In this document: piece by piece, positions 31,027 to 43,750 of the stretch | How the letters are laid out: each line of letters opens with the position of its first letter | Position numbering within the stretch: the stretch's first letter is position 1 | DNA from: Micrococcus sp. | GTDB lineage: Bacteria > Actinomycetota > Actinomycetes > Actinomycetales > Micrococcaceae | DNA: 64,000 bases | Assembly: GCF_034179925.1 (NCBI RefSeq) | Contig: NZ_JAXFPG010000047.1 | Span: 6,487 to 70,486, forward strand | Reading direction: 5' to 3' | The notes under the pieces: model-generated | The model's database searches: none | What the model saw: the letters and a program-made list of their open reading frames with translations, nothing else | What the model was told of the DNA's origin: nothing | Made by a program: the position numbers and the translations under genes

Positions 31027-31093
31027 GCGCCGATTTTCACACAGCGAACCGCTTCCCTGCCTGCCGACGACGGCCGGCGTCTACCCTGGGACG

Positions 31094-31783
31094 GTGGCCG
31101 ACACCCCTGATCTTCGCGTCCTGATCGCCGACGACCAGCCCCTCATGAGCGGCGCCCTGCGCCTGCTCGTGGACTCCACGCCGGGACTGAGCTGCGTGGG
31201 CGTGGTGGGGGACGGCATCGAGGCGGTGGAGGCGTGCGCCGCCGTCGAACCGGATGTGGTGCTGATGGACATGCAGATGCCTCGGATGGACGGCGTGGAG
31301 GCCACCAGGCGCATCACCCGGGCCCACCCGGCCACCCGGGTGCTGGCCATCACCACGTTCACCTCCGAGGACTACCTCGTCCCCGCCCTGCGCGCCGGTG
31401 CCGGCGGCTACCTGCTCAAGGACGCCGAACCCGTCGCCGTGGTCAGCGCCATCCGGGCGGTGCACCGGGGTGAGTCGGTGCTCTCCCCCGTGGTGGCCCA
31501 GAAGCTGTTGGCCTCGGTGGAGAGGGACCGGCCGATCGCCGGGCCCACCCACTGCGCGCCCGGGGACCCGGACGGCTCCGACCTCAGCGAACGCGAGCGG
31601 GAGGTGCTGGAGCTGCTGGCCCGGGGCCGGTCCAACCCGGAGATCGCCGCGGCCCTGTGCATCTCCGAGTCCACGGTGAAGACGAACCTGGGGCGGATCA
31701 TGGACAAGCTGGAGGTTCGGGACCGTGTGCAGGTGCTGATCCGTGCCGCGCAGCTGGGCCTGGTGACCCTCAGCCTGGACTGA
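31094..31783 (+). CDS. NarL/LuxR-family response regulator
   Basis: VLIADDQ, DVVLMD, GYLLKD and HTH LSERE...GRSNPEIA...TVKT. Confidence 0.92.
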   Translation: MADTPDLRVLIADDQPLMSGALRLLVDSTPGLSCVGVVGDGIEAVEACAAVEPDVVLMDMQMPRMDGVEATRRITRAHPATRVLAITTFTSEDYLVPALRAGAGGYLLKDAEPVAVVSAIRAVHRGESVLSPVVAQKLLASVERDRPIAGPTHCAPGDPDGSDLSEREREVLELLARGRSNPEIAAALCISESTVKTNLGRIMDKLEVRDRVQVLIRAAQLGLVTLSLD

Positions 31784-31819
31784 GTCTCCGGGGCGGTTCC
31801 CGACGCCGGCGCAGGGACG

Positions 31820-32650
31820 TCAGCGGGCGACGAGCTCGTTGCGCTTCTGGTTGAGGTCCCGCAGCACCTGCATCCCCTTCTCCACGGTGGCATCCGCCTC
31901 CTGCAGCAGCTCATCCTTCGCCGGCCCGTAGGCGAGGTCCGTGAACGTGGCGCGGGAGGGGTCGGTGGCCGCGATGTCCTGACGGACGAGCCGGACGGCG
32001 TCCAGGGCGTCGGCGTACTCCACGGAGCGCTGGTCGATGGCCTGCACGGTGTTGGCCGCGGAGGTGGGCACCTGCTCCAGGGCGAAGGTGGACTCGAAGA
32101 GGCGGTACGGGAGCGTGCACCGCTCCTCCACGCTGTACAGGCCGACCTTCTGGCCCCGGGCCACGGCGTTGGCGTCGGCGATCTGCCGTTCGGTGGAGCG
32201 GTCCACGCCCAGGCCGGTGGGGGCCACCATGCCCTCCTCGGCCATCGCCACGTTCACGGTGTCCCCGGCAAGGGTGAACACCGCGGCCCGGGTGCCCTCG
32301 GGGGCGCCCTCGTCGCTGGTGTCCACGGTGGCGATCGCACCCTGCGGCAGGCGGTCCCGCAGCCAGGCGTAGGCCTGCTCGCCCATGCAGAACTCGGGGC
32401 CCACGCGCATGCCGTCGGGGTTGCGGACCGCGGCCCGGACGCCCGCCATGGTGAGGGTCTCCTGCCGGCCACCGCGGTTCACGACCACCGTGTTGCCGTC
32501 CACCACGGTGACGATCTCCACGGTGGAGTTCTGGCGCGCGGTCTCCCGCAGGACGGTCATCGCGCCGAGCCCCAGGAGCACGGCCGCGATGATCAGGAAG
32601 GCGAGAAGGCCCTTCTTGGGCACGCGGGCCTGGGCGGCGACGTGGGTCAT
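31820..32650 (-). CDS. Membrane-anchored thermonuclease (SNase)-like protein, probably degenerate
   Basis: N-terminal TM, VVDGNTV, FCMGEQAYAWL and VNVAMAEEG; lacks the DGDT/DTPE/DRYGR catalytic set. Confidence 0.65.
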   Translation of the reverse strand: MTHVAAQARVPKKGLLAFLIIAAVLLGLGAMTVLRETARQNSTVEIVTVVDGNTVVVNRGGRQETLTMAGVRAAVRNPDGMRVGPEFCMGEQAYAWLRDRLPQGAIATVDTSDEGAPEGTRAAVFTLAGDTVNVAMAEEGMVAPTGLGVDRSTERQIADANAVARGQKVGLYSVEERCTLPYRLFESTFALEQVPTSAANTVQAIDQRSVEYADALDAVRLVRQDIAATDPSRATFTDLAYGPAKDELLQEADATVEKGMQVLRDLNQKRNELVAR

Positions 32651-32841
32651 GGCGGCTTCCTCGGAGAGACGGAGGCGGGGCGCCTCGGCGGCGCCGCCCG
32701 GGTGGGCCGGGCGGCGGGACTACGGAGGCCGAGTCTAGCGAAGGCCCGGCGCACCGGTTCCCCTCACAGGGGTCCGGGCCCCGCACACAGGTGGGTGCGG
32801 GGCCCGGAGGGGTGGACGGCGGGGCGCAGGCCCCGTCCGAC

Positions 32842-34008
32842 TCAGCGCTTGCGCGAGTAGAACGGCAGGGAAACCACGGTGAAGGGCTCACCCCTGCCGC
32901 GCAGGTCCACCTGCAGCTCGGTGCCCTCCGCGGAGACGGCCCGGTCCACACGGGCCATCGCCACCGGGTGCCCGAGGGTGGGGCTCGGGGCGCCCGAGGT
33001 GACCTCGCCGACCCGGTTGCCCTCGGCGTCGAGCACCGCGTAGCCGTGGCGGGCGGCGCGGCGGCCCTGACCCTTCAGGCCCACGAGGACCTGCTCGACC
33101 TCATCCCTGCCCACGAGCGCGTCCCTGCCCACGAAGTCCGCCTCCTTGGAGGCGGGCACCGCGAAGCTCACACCGGAGGCGTGCGGCTGGTGGGCGGTGT
33201 CCAGCTCGTTGCCGTAGAGCGGCATGCCGGCCTCGAGGCGGAGGGAGTCGCGCGCGGCCAGACCGCACAGGGTCAGCTCGACGCCGGCCACCTCCGCCGC
33301 CTGCGCCACCGCAGTCCACACGGCCGAGCCGCGGTCGCCCGCCTCGGACGGGGAGGAGGCGGGCAGGAACAGTTCGAAGCCGTCCTCACCGGTGTACCCG
33401 GTGCGGGCGACGACGGCGGGCACGGCGCCGGCCGCCGTCGGCAGCTCCAGGCTCACATGGCCGTAGTACGTGAGCCCGGAGAGGGTGTCGGCGTGCTCGG
33501 GGGCCAGGTGTGCCAGCACCTGCTCGGCCTGCGGGCCCTGCACCGCCACGAGGGCGGTGGTGGCGGACTCGTCCTCCACGGTGGCGTCCCAGCCGGAGGC
33601 CCGCTGGGTGAGGGCGGTGACGACGGCGGCGATGTTGCCCGCGTTCGGCACCACCAGGAACACCGGCTCCTCGCCCTCGGCACCGGAGTCCATCCGGTAC
33701 ACGATGAGGTCGTCCAGCACGGTGCCGGCGTCCGTGAGGCAGAGCGCGTACTTGGCGCGGCCCGGCTTCAGCGTGGAGATCACGCTGGACAGGGCGTGGT
33801 CCAGCATGGCGGCGGCCTCCGGGCCGGCCACCCGCACCTCACCCATGTGGGAGAGGTCGAACATGCCGGCCGCGGAGCGCACCGCACGGTGCTCGGCCAG
33901 CTCGGAGCCGTACTTCAGCGGCATGTTCCAGCCGCCGAAGTCCGTGAAGGAGGCCCCGGCGGCCTCGTGGACGGGGTGCAGCGGGGAGTTACGCGTGGTC
34001 TCGGTCAT
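32842..34008 (-). CDS. gcvT: Glycine cleavage system aminomethyltransferase T
   Basis: FGGWNMPLKY, FDLSHMGE, RTGYTGEDGFE and ARDSLRLEAGMPLYG. Confidence 0.95.
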   Translation of the reverse strand: MTETTRNSPLHPVHEAAGASFTDFGGWNMPLKYGSELAEHRAVRSAAGMFDLSHMGEVRVAGPEAAAMLDHALSSVISTLKPGRAKYALCLTDAGTVLDDLIVYRMDSGAEGEEPVFLVVPNAGNIAAVVTALTQRASGWDATVEDESATTALVAVQGPQAEQVLAHLAPEHADTLSGLTYYGHVSLELPTAAGAVPAVVARTGYTGEDGFELFLPASSPSEAGDRGSAVWTAVAQAAEVAGVELTLCGLAARDSLRLEAGMPLYGNELDTAHQPHASGVSFAVPASKEADFVGRDALVGRDEVEQVLVGLKGQGRRAARHGYAVLDAEGNRVGEVTSGAPSPTLGHPVAMARVDRAVSAEGTELQVDLRGRGEPFTVVSLPFYSRKR

Positions 34009-34019
34009 CTCGGGTCCTC

Positions 34020-36968
<2,949 letters not shown>

Positions 36969-37019
36969 GGTGGTACCTCCGAGGGGTCCTGCCGAATGAG
37001 GCGGCGTGGGCTGGTCCTC

Positions 37020-37166
37020 CCCGGTCTGTCATGCGCCGTCGCGTTCCAGAGCGTCATGGCCCCCCACGGTCCGTGTGCCTGAGAGATTCCCGGGGAGGTC
37101 TTGCTCCTTCGGCGGCCGGCGGGCGGCGGGCGCATGCCCCCGCTCCGGCGCTCTCCCGCGCGGGGC
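37020..37166 (-). promoter_or_regulatory. Glycine riboswitch upstream of gcvP
   Basis: Minus strand GCGGGAGAG...CGCCGAAGGAGCAA...AATCTCTCAGGC...CTCTGGAA, the glycine aptamer signatures. Confidence 0.88.
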
Positions 37167-37326
37167 GCTTGTGACGTCGTCGACGACACTAGTCCACCGG
37201 CACCACCGGCACCACCGGATCGCCGGGCCGCGGCCCCTTGAGGCCGGGCCCGGCCGCACCCTTACGGTGGACACGACGGGCGGGGCGTCCGCTCCGCCCG
37301 CCGAGACGAGTCGAGGAGGTCCGAGC

Positions 37327-37698
37327 ATGTTCACCCGCAGCCGAGCCGACGTCGAGAAGGTCCAGTGGGGCGGAGGCACCAGTGAGCGCCTGGTCACCGC
37401 CGACGACGGGATGGGGTTCGCCCTGGCACACACGGTGGTGGCCGCCGGGTCCTCGTCCCGGCTGCAGTACCGCAGCCACCAGGAGGCCTGCTACTGCATC
37501 CGCGGGAACGGGTCCGTGGTGGAGCCGGACGGCACCGTCCACGAGATCTCCCCGGGCACCGTGTACGTGCTGCCCGCCCACGAGAAGCACGAGCTGCGCG
37601 GCGGCACCGAGGACATGCACCTGGTGTCCGTGTTCAACCCGCCCCTCACCGGGGACGAGGTCCACGAGCTCTCCGAGGACGGCTACTCCAGCTACTGA
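37327..37698 (+). CDS. ectC: Ectoine synthase-like cupin (solitary)
   Basis: SERLVTADDGMGFAL, YRSHQEACYCIRG, HELRG and SVFNPPLTGDEVH. Confidence 0.82.
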   Translation: MFTRSRADVEKVQWGGGTSERLVTADDGMGFALAHTVVAAGSSSRLQYRSHQEACYCIRGNGSVVEPDGTVHEISPGTVYVLPAHEKHELRGGTEDMHLVSVFNPPLTGDEVHELSEDGYSSY

Positions 37699-37725
37699 CG
37701 GCCGACGACGCCGGCCCCACCCCCG

Positions 37726-38979
37726 TCAGACGAACGCCGAGACGCCGGTGAGGGCGCGGCCCACGATCAGCGCGTTGATGCTCTGGGTGCCCTCATACGT
37801 GTAGATCGCCTCGACGTCGCCCATGAACCGGGCCATCTCGTAGGAGGCGACGATCCCATTGCCCCCCATGGCATCCCGGGCCAGGGCCGCGGACTCACGG
37901 GCCAGCCGAGTGGAGGTGGCCTTGGCGGCGGCGGCGTGAACCATCTCCAGGGCGCCTGCATCCTGGAGGCGCTGGACCTGCATCATCAGGCCCTCGCAGG
38001 CGGCCAGGTTGCCGGCCACCTGGGCGATGGCGGACTGGACCAGCTGGAACCGGGCCAGCGGTCGGCCGAACTGGGTGCGCTCCAGGGCGTAGTCCCGCAG
38101 TACGCGCAGGATGCCCTGCTGCACGCCCACGCCCTGCCAGCCGACCCACGCGCGGGAGTCGCGCAGCATCTCCCGGGTGGCGTCGAAGGAGCCGGCACCG
38201 GGGAGCAGGGCGTCGGGGCCGAGGCGGACGTCGTCGAACACCATGTCCGCGTTCTGCATGATCCGCAGACCGAGCTTGCCGGTGATCTTGGTGGCGGTGA
38301 AGCCGGGGGTGTCGGTGGGCACGAGGAAGCACTTGACCTCGCCGTCCGTGGTGTCCCGGGCCCACACGAGGGCGACGGCGGCCACTGTGCCCGCACCGAT
38401 CCAGCGCTTGGTGCCCCGCAGGATCCACCCGTCCCCGTCCGGGGTGGCGGTGGTCTCCACGCCGCCGGCGATGTCCGAGCCGTGGTCCGGCTCGGTGAGG
38501 CAGAACGCGCCGAGCGCTTCGAACCGCCGCAGTGCGGGCACCCAGCGTGCCTTCTGCTCCGGGGTGCCGAAGCGTTCGATGGAGCCGATGTTCAGCTCGT
38601 TGTGGATGCCCACGAGTGCGGACAGGGAGAGGTCCACCCGGGCGAGGGCCACGTGGGCGAGGTTCTGGAACAGGCGGGACGCGCCGAGGTGGTCGAGTTC
38701 GCCGAGGCCCACCTCGGCCAGGCCGGGCAGCAGCTCGACCGGGAGGGTCTCGGTGTTCCAGGGCTCAGCCAGGTGGGGGCGGACGTGCTCCTCGAGGTGC
38801 GCCTCGATCCTGGCGAGCCGCTCCTGCTCGTCCGGGGGAAGCAGGGAGCGCAGGTCGAACAGGTCCACATCCGGCAGCGCCGGGGTGCCGGGGGCGGCCG
38901 GGGCGGAGCCGTGCCCGGGGCGGACGGTGACGGTGTCGATCGAGCCGGTGGTGGCGGCGGTCTCGGGCGAGGGGGTCAT
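37726..38979 (-). CDS. Acyl-CoA dehydrogenase (glutaryl-CoA-DH-like)
   Basis: AFCLTEPDHGSD, GTKRWIG, RTQFGRPLA, MGGNGI and YTYEGT. Confidence 0.9.
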   Translation of the reverse strand: MTPSPETAATTGSIDTVTVRPGHGSAPAAPGTPALPDVDLFDLRSLLPPDEQERLARIEAHLEEHVRPHLAEPWNTETLPVELLPGLAEVGLGELDHLGASRLFQNLAHVALARVDLSLSALVGIHNELNIGSIERFGTPEQKARWVPALRRFEALGAFCLTEPDHGSDIAGGVETTATPDGDGWILRGTKRWIGAGTVAAVALVWARDTTDGEVKCFLVPTDTPGFTATKITGKLGLRIMQNADMVFDDVRLGPDALLPGAGSFDATREMLRDSRAWVGWQGVGVQQGILRVLRDYALERTQFGRPLARFQLVQSAIAQVAGNLAACEGLMMQVQRLQDAGALEMVHAAAAKATSTRLARESAALARDAMGGNGIVASYEMARFMGDVEAIYTYEGTQSINALIVGRALTGVSAFV

Positions 38980-39183
38980 GCGACGGCTCCTTCGGCAGAG
39001 GCGGGGGCGACGGCGGAGGGCGCCGTGCGCTGGTCGAGGCGGATGGGGCTGGTGGGGTCGGGGAGACGAAGAAGTCTCTTTACCGACTATCGGATGTCCA
39101 CGTACATTGACAGTGTTCCACATCACATTCCACCAGACCAGGGAGGCCTCGCCCCGAGGCCCGCAGCACCCCCAGGAGGACCG

Positions 39184-40965
39184 ATGACCGACGCCCCCAC
39201 CACCACCGCCGACGCCTCCGTCACCGCCCGCCTCCGGGCGGCCCGGGACCTGCTCGTGGACTGCCAGGAGGACTACGAGCGCGCCCGGTCGGAGTTCATC
39301 TGGCCACGCTTCGAACACTTCAACTTCGGCCTGGACTGGTTCGACCGCCTCGCCGAGGACCCCGCCCGCCGGGACACCCCGGCGCTGATCATCTCCGAGG
39401 CCGGAGGCCCCTCCCTCACCCGCACCTTCGCCGAGCTCGCCGAGTCCTCGAACCGCCTGGCCTGCTGGCTGCGCGAGCGCGGCCTGCGCCGCGGCGACCG
39501 CGTGATCCTCATGCTGGACAACCAGGTGGAGCTCTGGGAGTACATGCTCGCGTGCATCAAGCTGCGCGCCGTCATGGTGCCCACCACCACACAGATGACG
39601 ACGGCGGACCTCACCGACCGCGTGGAACGCGCTGAGGCGCGCTGGGTGGTGGCCTCGGCCGAGAACCTGGCCAAGTTCGCCGGCGTCGGCCAGGGCCTGA
39701 CCCTCGTGCACATCCCGGGCGTGCACGCCGAGGGCGAGGCCCGCCGGGCCCCCGAGGTGGCCGGGCACACTGTACTCTCCGGGGACGAGGCCCGCACCGC
39801 CCCGGCGGAGTTCGTCCCCGAGGGGCCCACCGGCGCGGACGAGACACTGCTGCTCTACTTCACCTCCGGCACCACCTCGAAGCCGAAGCTCGTGGAGCAC
39901 ACCCACACCTCCTACCCCGTGGGGCACCTCTCCACGGTGTACTGGATCGGGCTCGAACCGGGCGACGTGCACCTGAACGTCGCCTCGCCCGGCTGGGCCA
40001 AGCACGCCTGGTCCAACTTCTTCGCCCCGTGGATCGCGGAGGCCACGATCTTCGTGCACAACCCGGGCGGGAAGTTCGACCCGGCCCGGCTCATGGCAGA
40101 CATGGACCGCTTCGGCGTGACCTCCCTGTGCGCCCCGCCCACGGTGTGGCGCATGCTCATCAAGGCGGACCTGTCCCTGCTGCAGACCCCGCCGCGCAAG
40201 ACGATCTCCGCGGGTGAACCATTGAACGCCGAGGTCATCGACCAGGTGCACCGGGCCTGGGGCACCGTGATCCGGGACGGCTTCGGCATGACCGAGACCA
40301 CCCTCCAGGTGGCGAACACCCCGGGGCAGAAGCTCGTGATCGGCGCGATGGGCCGCCCCCTGCCGGGGTTCGACGCCGTCCTGGTGGACCCGCTCACCGG
40401 CGCCGAGGCGGACGAGGGCGAGCTGTGCCTGCGCCTGGACCCCCGGCCCGTGGGGCTGCTGAAGTCCTACTACGGGAACGAGGAGAAGACCGCCGAGGTG
40501 TTCCGCGACGGCCTCTTCCACACCGGGGACATCGCCTCCCGGGACGCCACCGGGGTGCTCACCTACGTGGGCCGGGCGGACGACGTCTTCAAGTCCTCGG
40601 ACTACAAGATCTCCCCGTTCGAGCTCGAGTCCGTCCTCGTGGAGCACCCGGCGGTGATGGAGGCGGCGATCGTCCCCACCCCGGACGAGCTGCGCCTGGC
40701 CGTGCCCAAGGCGTTCGTCACCCTGGCCCCCGGCTACGAGCCCACCGCGGACACCGCCCGGCAGATCCTGCAGCACACCCTCACCCAGCTGCCGCCCTAC
40801 AAGCGGATCCGCCGCATCGAGTTCCTCGAGCTGCCCAAGACGATCTCCGGCAAGATCCGCCGGGTGGAGTTGCGCCGGGCCGAGGTGGAGCGTGCCGAGA
40901 CGGGCGCGGCCCCGGAGGGCTTCGGCGTCGAGCACCGGGAGGAGGACCTCGGCCTGCGCCGCTGA
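39184..40965 (+). CDS. AMP-dependent acyl-CoA synthetase
   Basis: YFTSGTTSKPK, DGFGMTET, TGD, GRADD and LPKTISGKIRR. Confidence 0.9.
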   Translation: MTDAPTTTADASVTARLRAARDLLVDCQEDYERARSEFIWPRFEHFNFGLDWFDRLAEDPARRDTPALIISEAGGPSLTRTFAELAESSNRLACWLRERGLRRGDRVILMLDNQVELWEYMLACIKLRAVMVPTTTQMTTADLTDRVERAEARWVVASAENLAKFAGVGQGLTLVHIPGVHAEGEARRAPEVAGHTVLSGDEARTAPAEFVPEGPTGADETLLLYFTSGTTSKPKLVEHTHTSYPVGHLSTVYWIGLEPGDVHLNVASPGWAKHAWSNFFAPWIAEATIFVHNPGGKFDPARLMADMDRFGVTSLCAPPTVWRMLIKADLSLLQTPPRKTISAGEPLNAEVIDQVHRAWGTVIRDGFGMTETTLQVANTPGQKLVIGAMGRPLPGFDAVLVDPLTGAEADEGELCLRLDPRPVGLLKSYYGNEEKTAEVFRDGLFHTGDIASRDATGVLTYVGRADDVFKSSDYKISPFELESVLVEHPAVMEAAIVPTPDELRLAVPKAFVTLAPGYEPTADTARQILQHTLTQLPPYKRIRRIEFLELPKTISGKIRRVELRRAEVERAETGAAPEGFGVEHREEDLGLRR

Positions 40966-40987
40966 CCCACCCCCTAGGATGGCCGCG

Positions 40988-41509
40988 ATGAGCGCCCACC
41001 AGCCCCTGCCCAAGGACCCGATCGCCGAGGCCCGCCGCAACTGGGAGCGCCACGGGTGGACCACCGTGGCAGCCCCCATGGCGGCGGTCACCTCCATCAT
41101 GCGCGTGCAGCAGCTGCTGCTGGCCCGCGCCCAGGCGACGTTGAAGCCCTTTGGGCTGACCTTCGCCCGCTACGAGCTGCTCGCGCTGCTGGACTTCTCC
41201 CGGGAGCACCGGATGCTGATGTCCCGGGCGAGTGCGCTGCTGCAGGTGCACCCCACCTCGGTGACGAACGCCGTCGACCGTCTGGAGGGGGCGGGGCTGG
41301 TGCGCCGGGAGCCGCATGAGACGGACCGGCGCGCTCTCGTGCTCGTCCTCACGGAGGAGGGCCGGCAGGTGGCGGCGGAGGCCACGGCGGCCCTGAACGA
41401 GGACGTGTTCGGGCAGACCGGCTTCACGGACGAGGACGTCGAGCACCTGAACGAGATCCTCGCCCGTTTCCGGGCCGGGGCCGGGGACTTCGAGGTGTCC
41501 GAGGACTAA
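40988..41509 (+). CDS. MarR-family regulator
   Basis: LTFARYELL, HPTSVTNAVDRLE and DRR...LTEEG; TAGGAT 7 nt before the ATG. Confidence 0.85.
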   Translation: MSAHQPLPKDPIAEARRNWERHGWTTVAAPMAAVTSIMRVQQLLLARAQATLKPFGLTFARYELLALLDFSREHRMLMSRASALLQVHPTSVTNAVDRLEGAGLVRREPHETDRRALVLVLTEEGRQVAAEATAALNEDVFGQTGFTDEDVEHLNEILARFRAGAGDFEVSED

Positions 41510-41554
41510 TCGCGGGGACCCCGGCGCTCAGCTCGCCCAGGGCGCCGCCGCAGA

Positions 41555-41596
41555 CGACCGGCCCCGGATTCCTGCGCAGGGATCCGGGGCCGGTCG
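41555..41596. terminator. Long hairpin at the left edge of the R-M insert
   Basis: CGACCGGCCCCGGAT/ATCCGGGGCCGGTCG, 15-bp perfect stem plus inner pairing. Confidence 0.65.
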
Positions 41597-41708
41597 TGTG
41601 CGCGGGCCGCCTATGCTTCGGCGGCTTCTCCTTCGACGCCCTCCGTACGGTTCCACAGGCGAGAGTGCCAGCCGTAACGTTGTCCGGAGGAGGCCATAGG
41701 GTAGCGGC

Positions 41709-42791
41709 ATGACGCTGACCCAGCCCGTCCTCGACCTCCAGCTACCTCGCGTTGCGCGGGTGGACGCTGCGCTGACGCAAGCACGCTCATACCCGCACCT
41801 GCGCTACATGGGTTCGAAGTATCGACTCCTGCCCGCTCTGGCCGATACTTTCGCGCAGCTAGGGGGTGAGACTGCGCTCGATCCATTCACAGGATCCGGG
41901 GTCGTCTCGTACCTGTTGAAGGCTCAAGGGTTCCACGTCACATCCCGCGACTACCTCAACTTCCCCGTCACTCTGGCCCGCGCGTCCTGCGTAAACCAGA
42001 CCACCATGCTCACCGAGGAGGACGTGGCACGGATTTCGAGTGGCGAGAACCGCGATGGACGAGATTTCATCTCTAGGACGTACGGGGGGCTCTACTTCAC
42101 CTCCGGAGATCTTGCCTTCCTTGACTCCGCGTGGTCACAGATCGCCACCATGGAGGGAGCGCAACAAGACCTTGCCATCGCCTCCCTGGTGCTGGCCGCA
42201 GCACGAAAGCAGCCGCGAGGCGTCTTCACCGTCACCGGCCTTAGGTACGACGACGGACGGGAAAGCCTGCATCTGCCCTTGGCCGAGCAGTTCCGCCGGT
42301 GCGTCGAAGCATGGAACTCCAGCGTATTTGACGGGCCCGCGTGCCAGGCAGAGCGAGGTGACGTGAAGAGCGCAGAGGGGAACTGGGACCTCGTCTACCT
42401 GGACCCGCCCTACGCCCCTCCGCGCGACGACAACGACTACATCAAGCGCTACTGGTTCCTCGAAGGGCTGTCCGACTACTGGCAGGATGGCACTGCCGAG
42501 ATCATGGAGACGACCCGGACCAAGAAGCTCGCCAAACGGGCCACGGCTTTCGGCAGTAAGAGGACCATCGGTGATGCGCTCGCCGCCACGCTCGATCAGT
42601 TCTCCGACTCGTCCATCGTCCTCTCCTACGGATCGAACGCGGTACCCGACCTGGACACCCTCACAGGGCTGATCACCGACGTGAAAGGGAGTCGCCCAGA
42701 GGTGATCACCCTGCGCCACCGTTATCACTTCGGCACCCACGCCTCGGCCACTCGCCGAGAGGCAGAGGAGTACATCCTCGTCGCCCCCTGA
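41709..42791 (+). CDS. D12/Dam-class N6-adenine DNA methyltransferase
   Basis: YMGSKYRLL, motif I DPFTGSG and catalytic YLDPPY in alpha-class order. Confidence 0.9.
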   Translation: MTLTQPVLDLQLPRVARVDAALTQARSYPHLRYMGSKYRLLPALADTFAQLGGETALDPFTGSGVVSYLLKAQGFHVTSRDYLNFPVTLARASCVNQTTMLTEEDVARISSGENRDGRDFISRTYGGLYFTSGDLAFLDSAWSQIATMEGAQQDLAIASLVLAAARKQPRGVFTVTGLRYDDGRESLHLPLAEQFRRCVEAWNSSVFDGPACQAERGDVKSAEGNWDLVYLDPPYAPPRDDNDYIKRYWFLEGLSDYWQDGTAEIMETTRTKKLAKRATAFGSKRTIGDALAATLDQFSDSSIVLSYGSNAVPDLDTLTGLITDVKGSRPEVITLRHRYHFGTHASATRREAEEYILVAP

Positions 42792-42811
42792 GCCTGTGGG
42801 AGACTCCTGGC

Positions 42812-43669
42812 ATGGGGAAAATGACCTTCGAGGAGTACACAGCGTCGCTCGGTCGCCTCACGGCGGCGATCGACCCCACGGCGTCGACGGAAGATGCGGT
42901 GGAGATCCAGCGTGCGGTCGCGTCTTTGGAGGCGCTAGATCAGATCGACGAATCCACACTTTTTGCCTGGGTGTCTGAACACCCGTCGGACTCCTTCGTT
43001 CTCGCGCTCGCAGTGGGACTGAGTCGGGAGAAGCTTAAGAATCAGCTCCGGGATTGGTTCGGCACGGCCAGCTGGGCCAAGGCCGCCAGAGAACATCCTT
43101 CCTCGTTCGTCCAGCGTCTTGACGAGGACTTCGACCTCCTCCGGCTACTGCGTGTTCAACGGAATCAGCAGTACTCGTTCGGCGACCTCCTCGTCGCCCG
43201 CGCGGGAACGAGGGCGACCGCCACCAATGCAGGGGCATCAGGGCGCAAGGTGGAGGACATGCTGGAGGCCATTGCCACCGACCTATTGCTTCCCTACGTT
43301 CCCCGCACTCGCATGGCGGGGCGCCACGGGAAGACCGCACCGGCCGATCTCGCCATCCCTGCAGCGGGCCCAGACTGCGTCATCGCCGTGGCTGCCAAGG
43401 GGTTCGATTCCACGGGCTCCAAGCTGACGGACGCCGTCCGGGAGATCGAGGAACTGGCTGACGCCCGCACCGGCCACCAAGTCGCCCTCGCTGTCGTGGA
43501 CGGAATCGGCTGGAAGGGACGCATGTCTGACCTCAGGCGCATCTATGACCTATACGACACGGGAGCCATCGACGGCCTCTACACCCTTGGCACGCTGGAC
43601 CGCTTCCGTGCAGACCTGGATTCCTTCGCCTCCTTGCGGAGGATCCGCCGCCGACCGACCTCTTCATGA
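42812..43669 (+). CDS. Putative type II restriction endonuclease (DpnII-like)
   Basis: Directly follows the MTase; GRKVE, ADLAI, AKGFDSTGSKL...VVDGIGW echoes the DpnII-family GGSKL...TDG.GW segment. Confidence 0.62.
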   Translation: MGKMTFEEYTASLGRLTAAIDPTASTEDAVEIQRAVASLEALDQIDESTLFAWVSEHPSDSFVLALAVGLSREKLKNQLRDWFGTASWAKAAREHPSSFVQRLDEDFDLLRLLRVQRNQQYSFGDLLVARAGTRATATNAGASGRKVEDMLEAIATDLLLPYVPRTRMAGRHGKTAPADLAIPAAGPDCVIAVAAKGFDSTGSKLTDAVREIEELADARTGHQVALAVVDGIGWKGRMSDLRRIYDLYDTGAIDGLYTLGTLDRFRADLDSFASLRRIRRRPTSS

Positions 43670-43698
43670 GCACTCCTCCGTCTGGCTCCAACGACGGC

Positions 43699-43726
43699 GG
43701 GACATCCTCCCAGGGGAGGATGTCCC
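43699..43726. terminator. Hairpin between the convergent nuclease and SDR genes
   Basis: GGGACATCCTCCC/GGGAGGATGTCCC. Confidence 0.65.
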
Positions 43727-43750
43727 AACCCGCGCCAGCCGCCGCCTGAT

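Noticed and set aside
37936-41100. Long N-terminal extensions given by the ORF track for the acyl-CoA synthetase and acyl-CoA dehydrogenase
   Set aside because: They overlap each other on opposite strands; starts at 39184 (+) and 38979 (-) leave a normal divergent promoter gap.
41611-41886. Minus-strand 91-aa ORF overlapping the MTase start (possible controller protein)
   Set aside because: No HTH signature; it mostly lies antisense to the MTase coding sequence.
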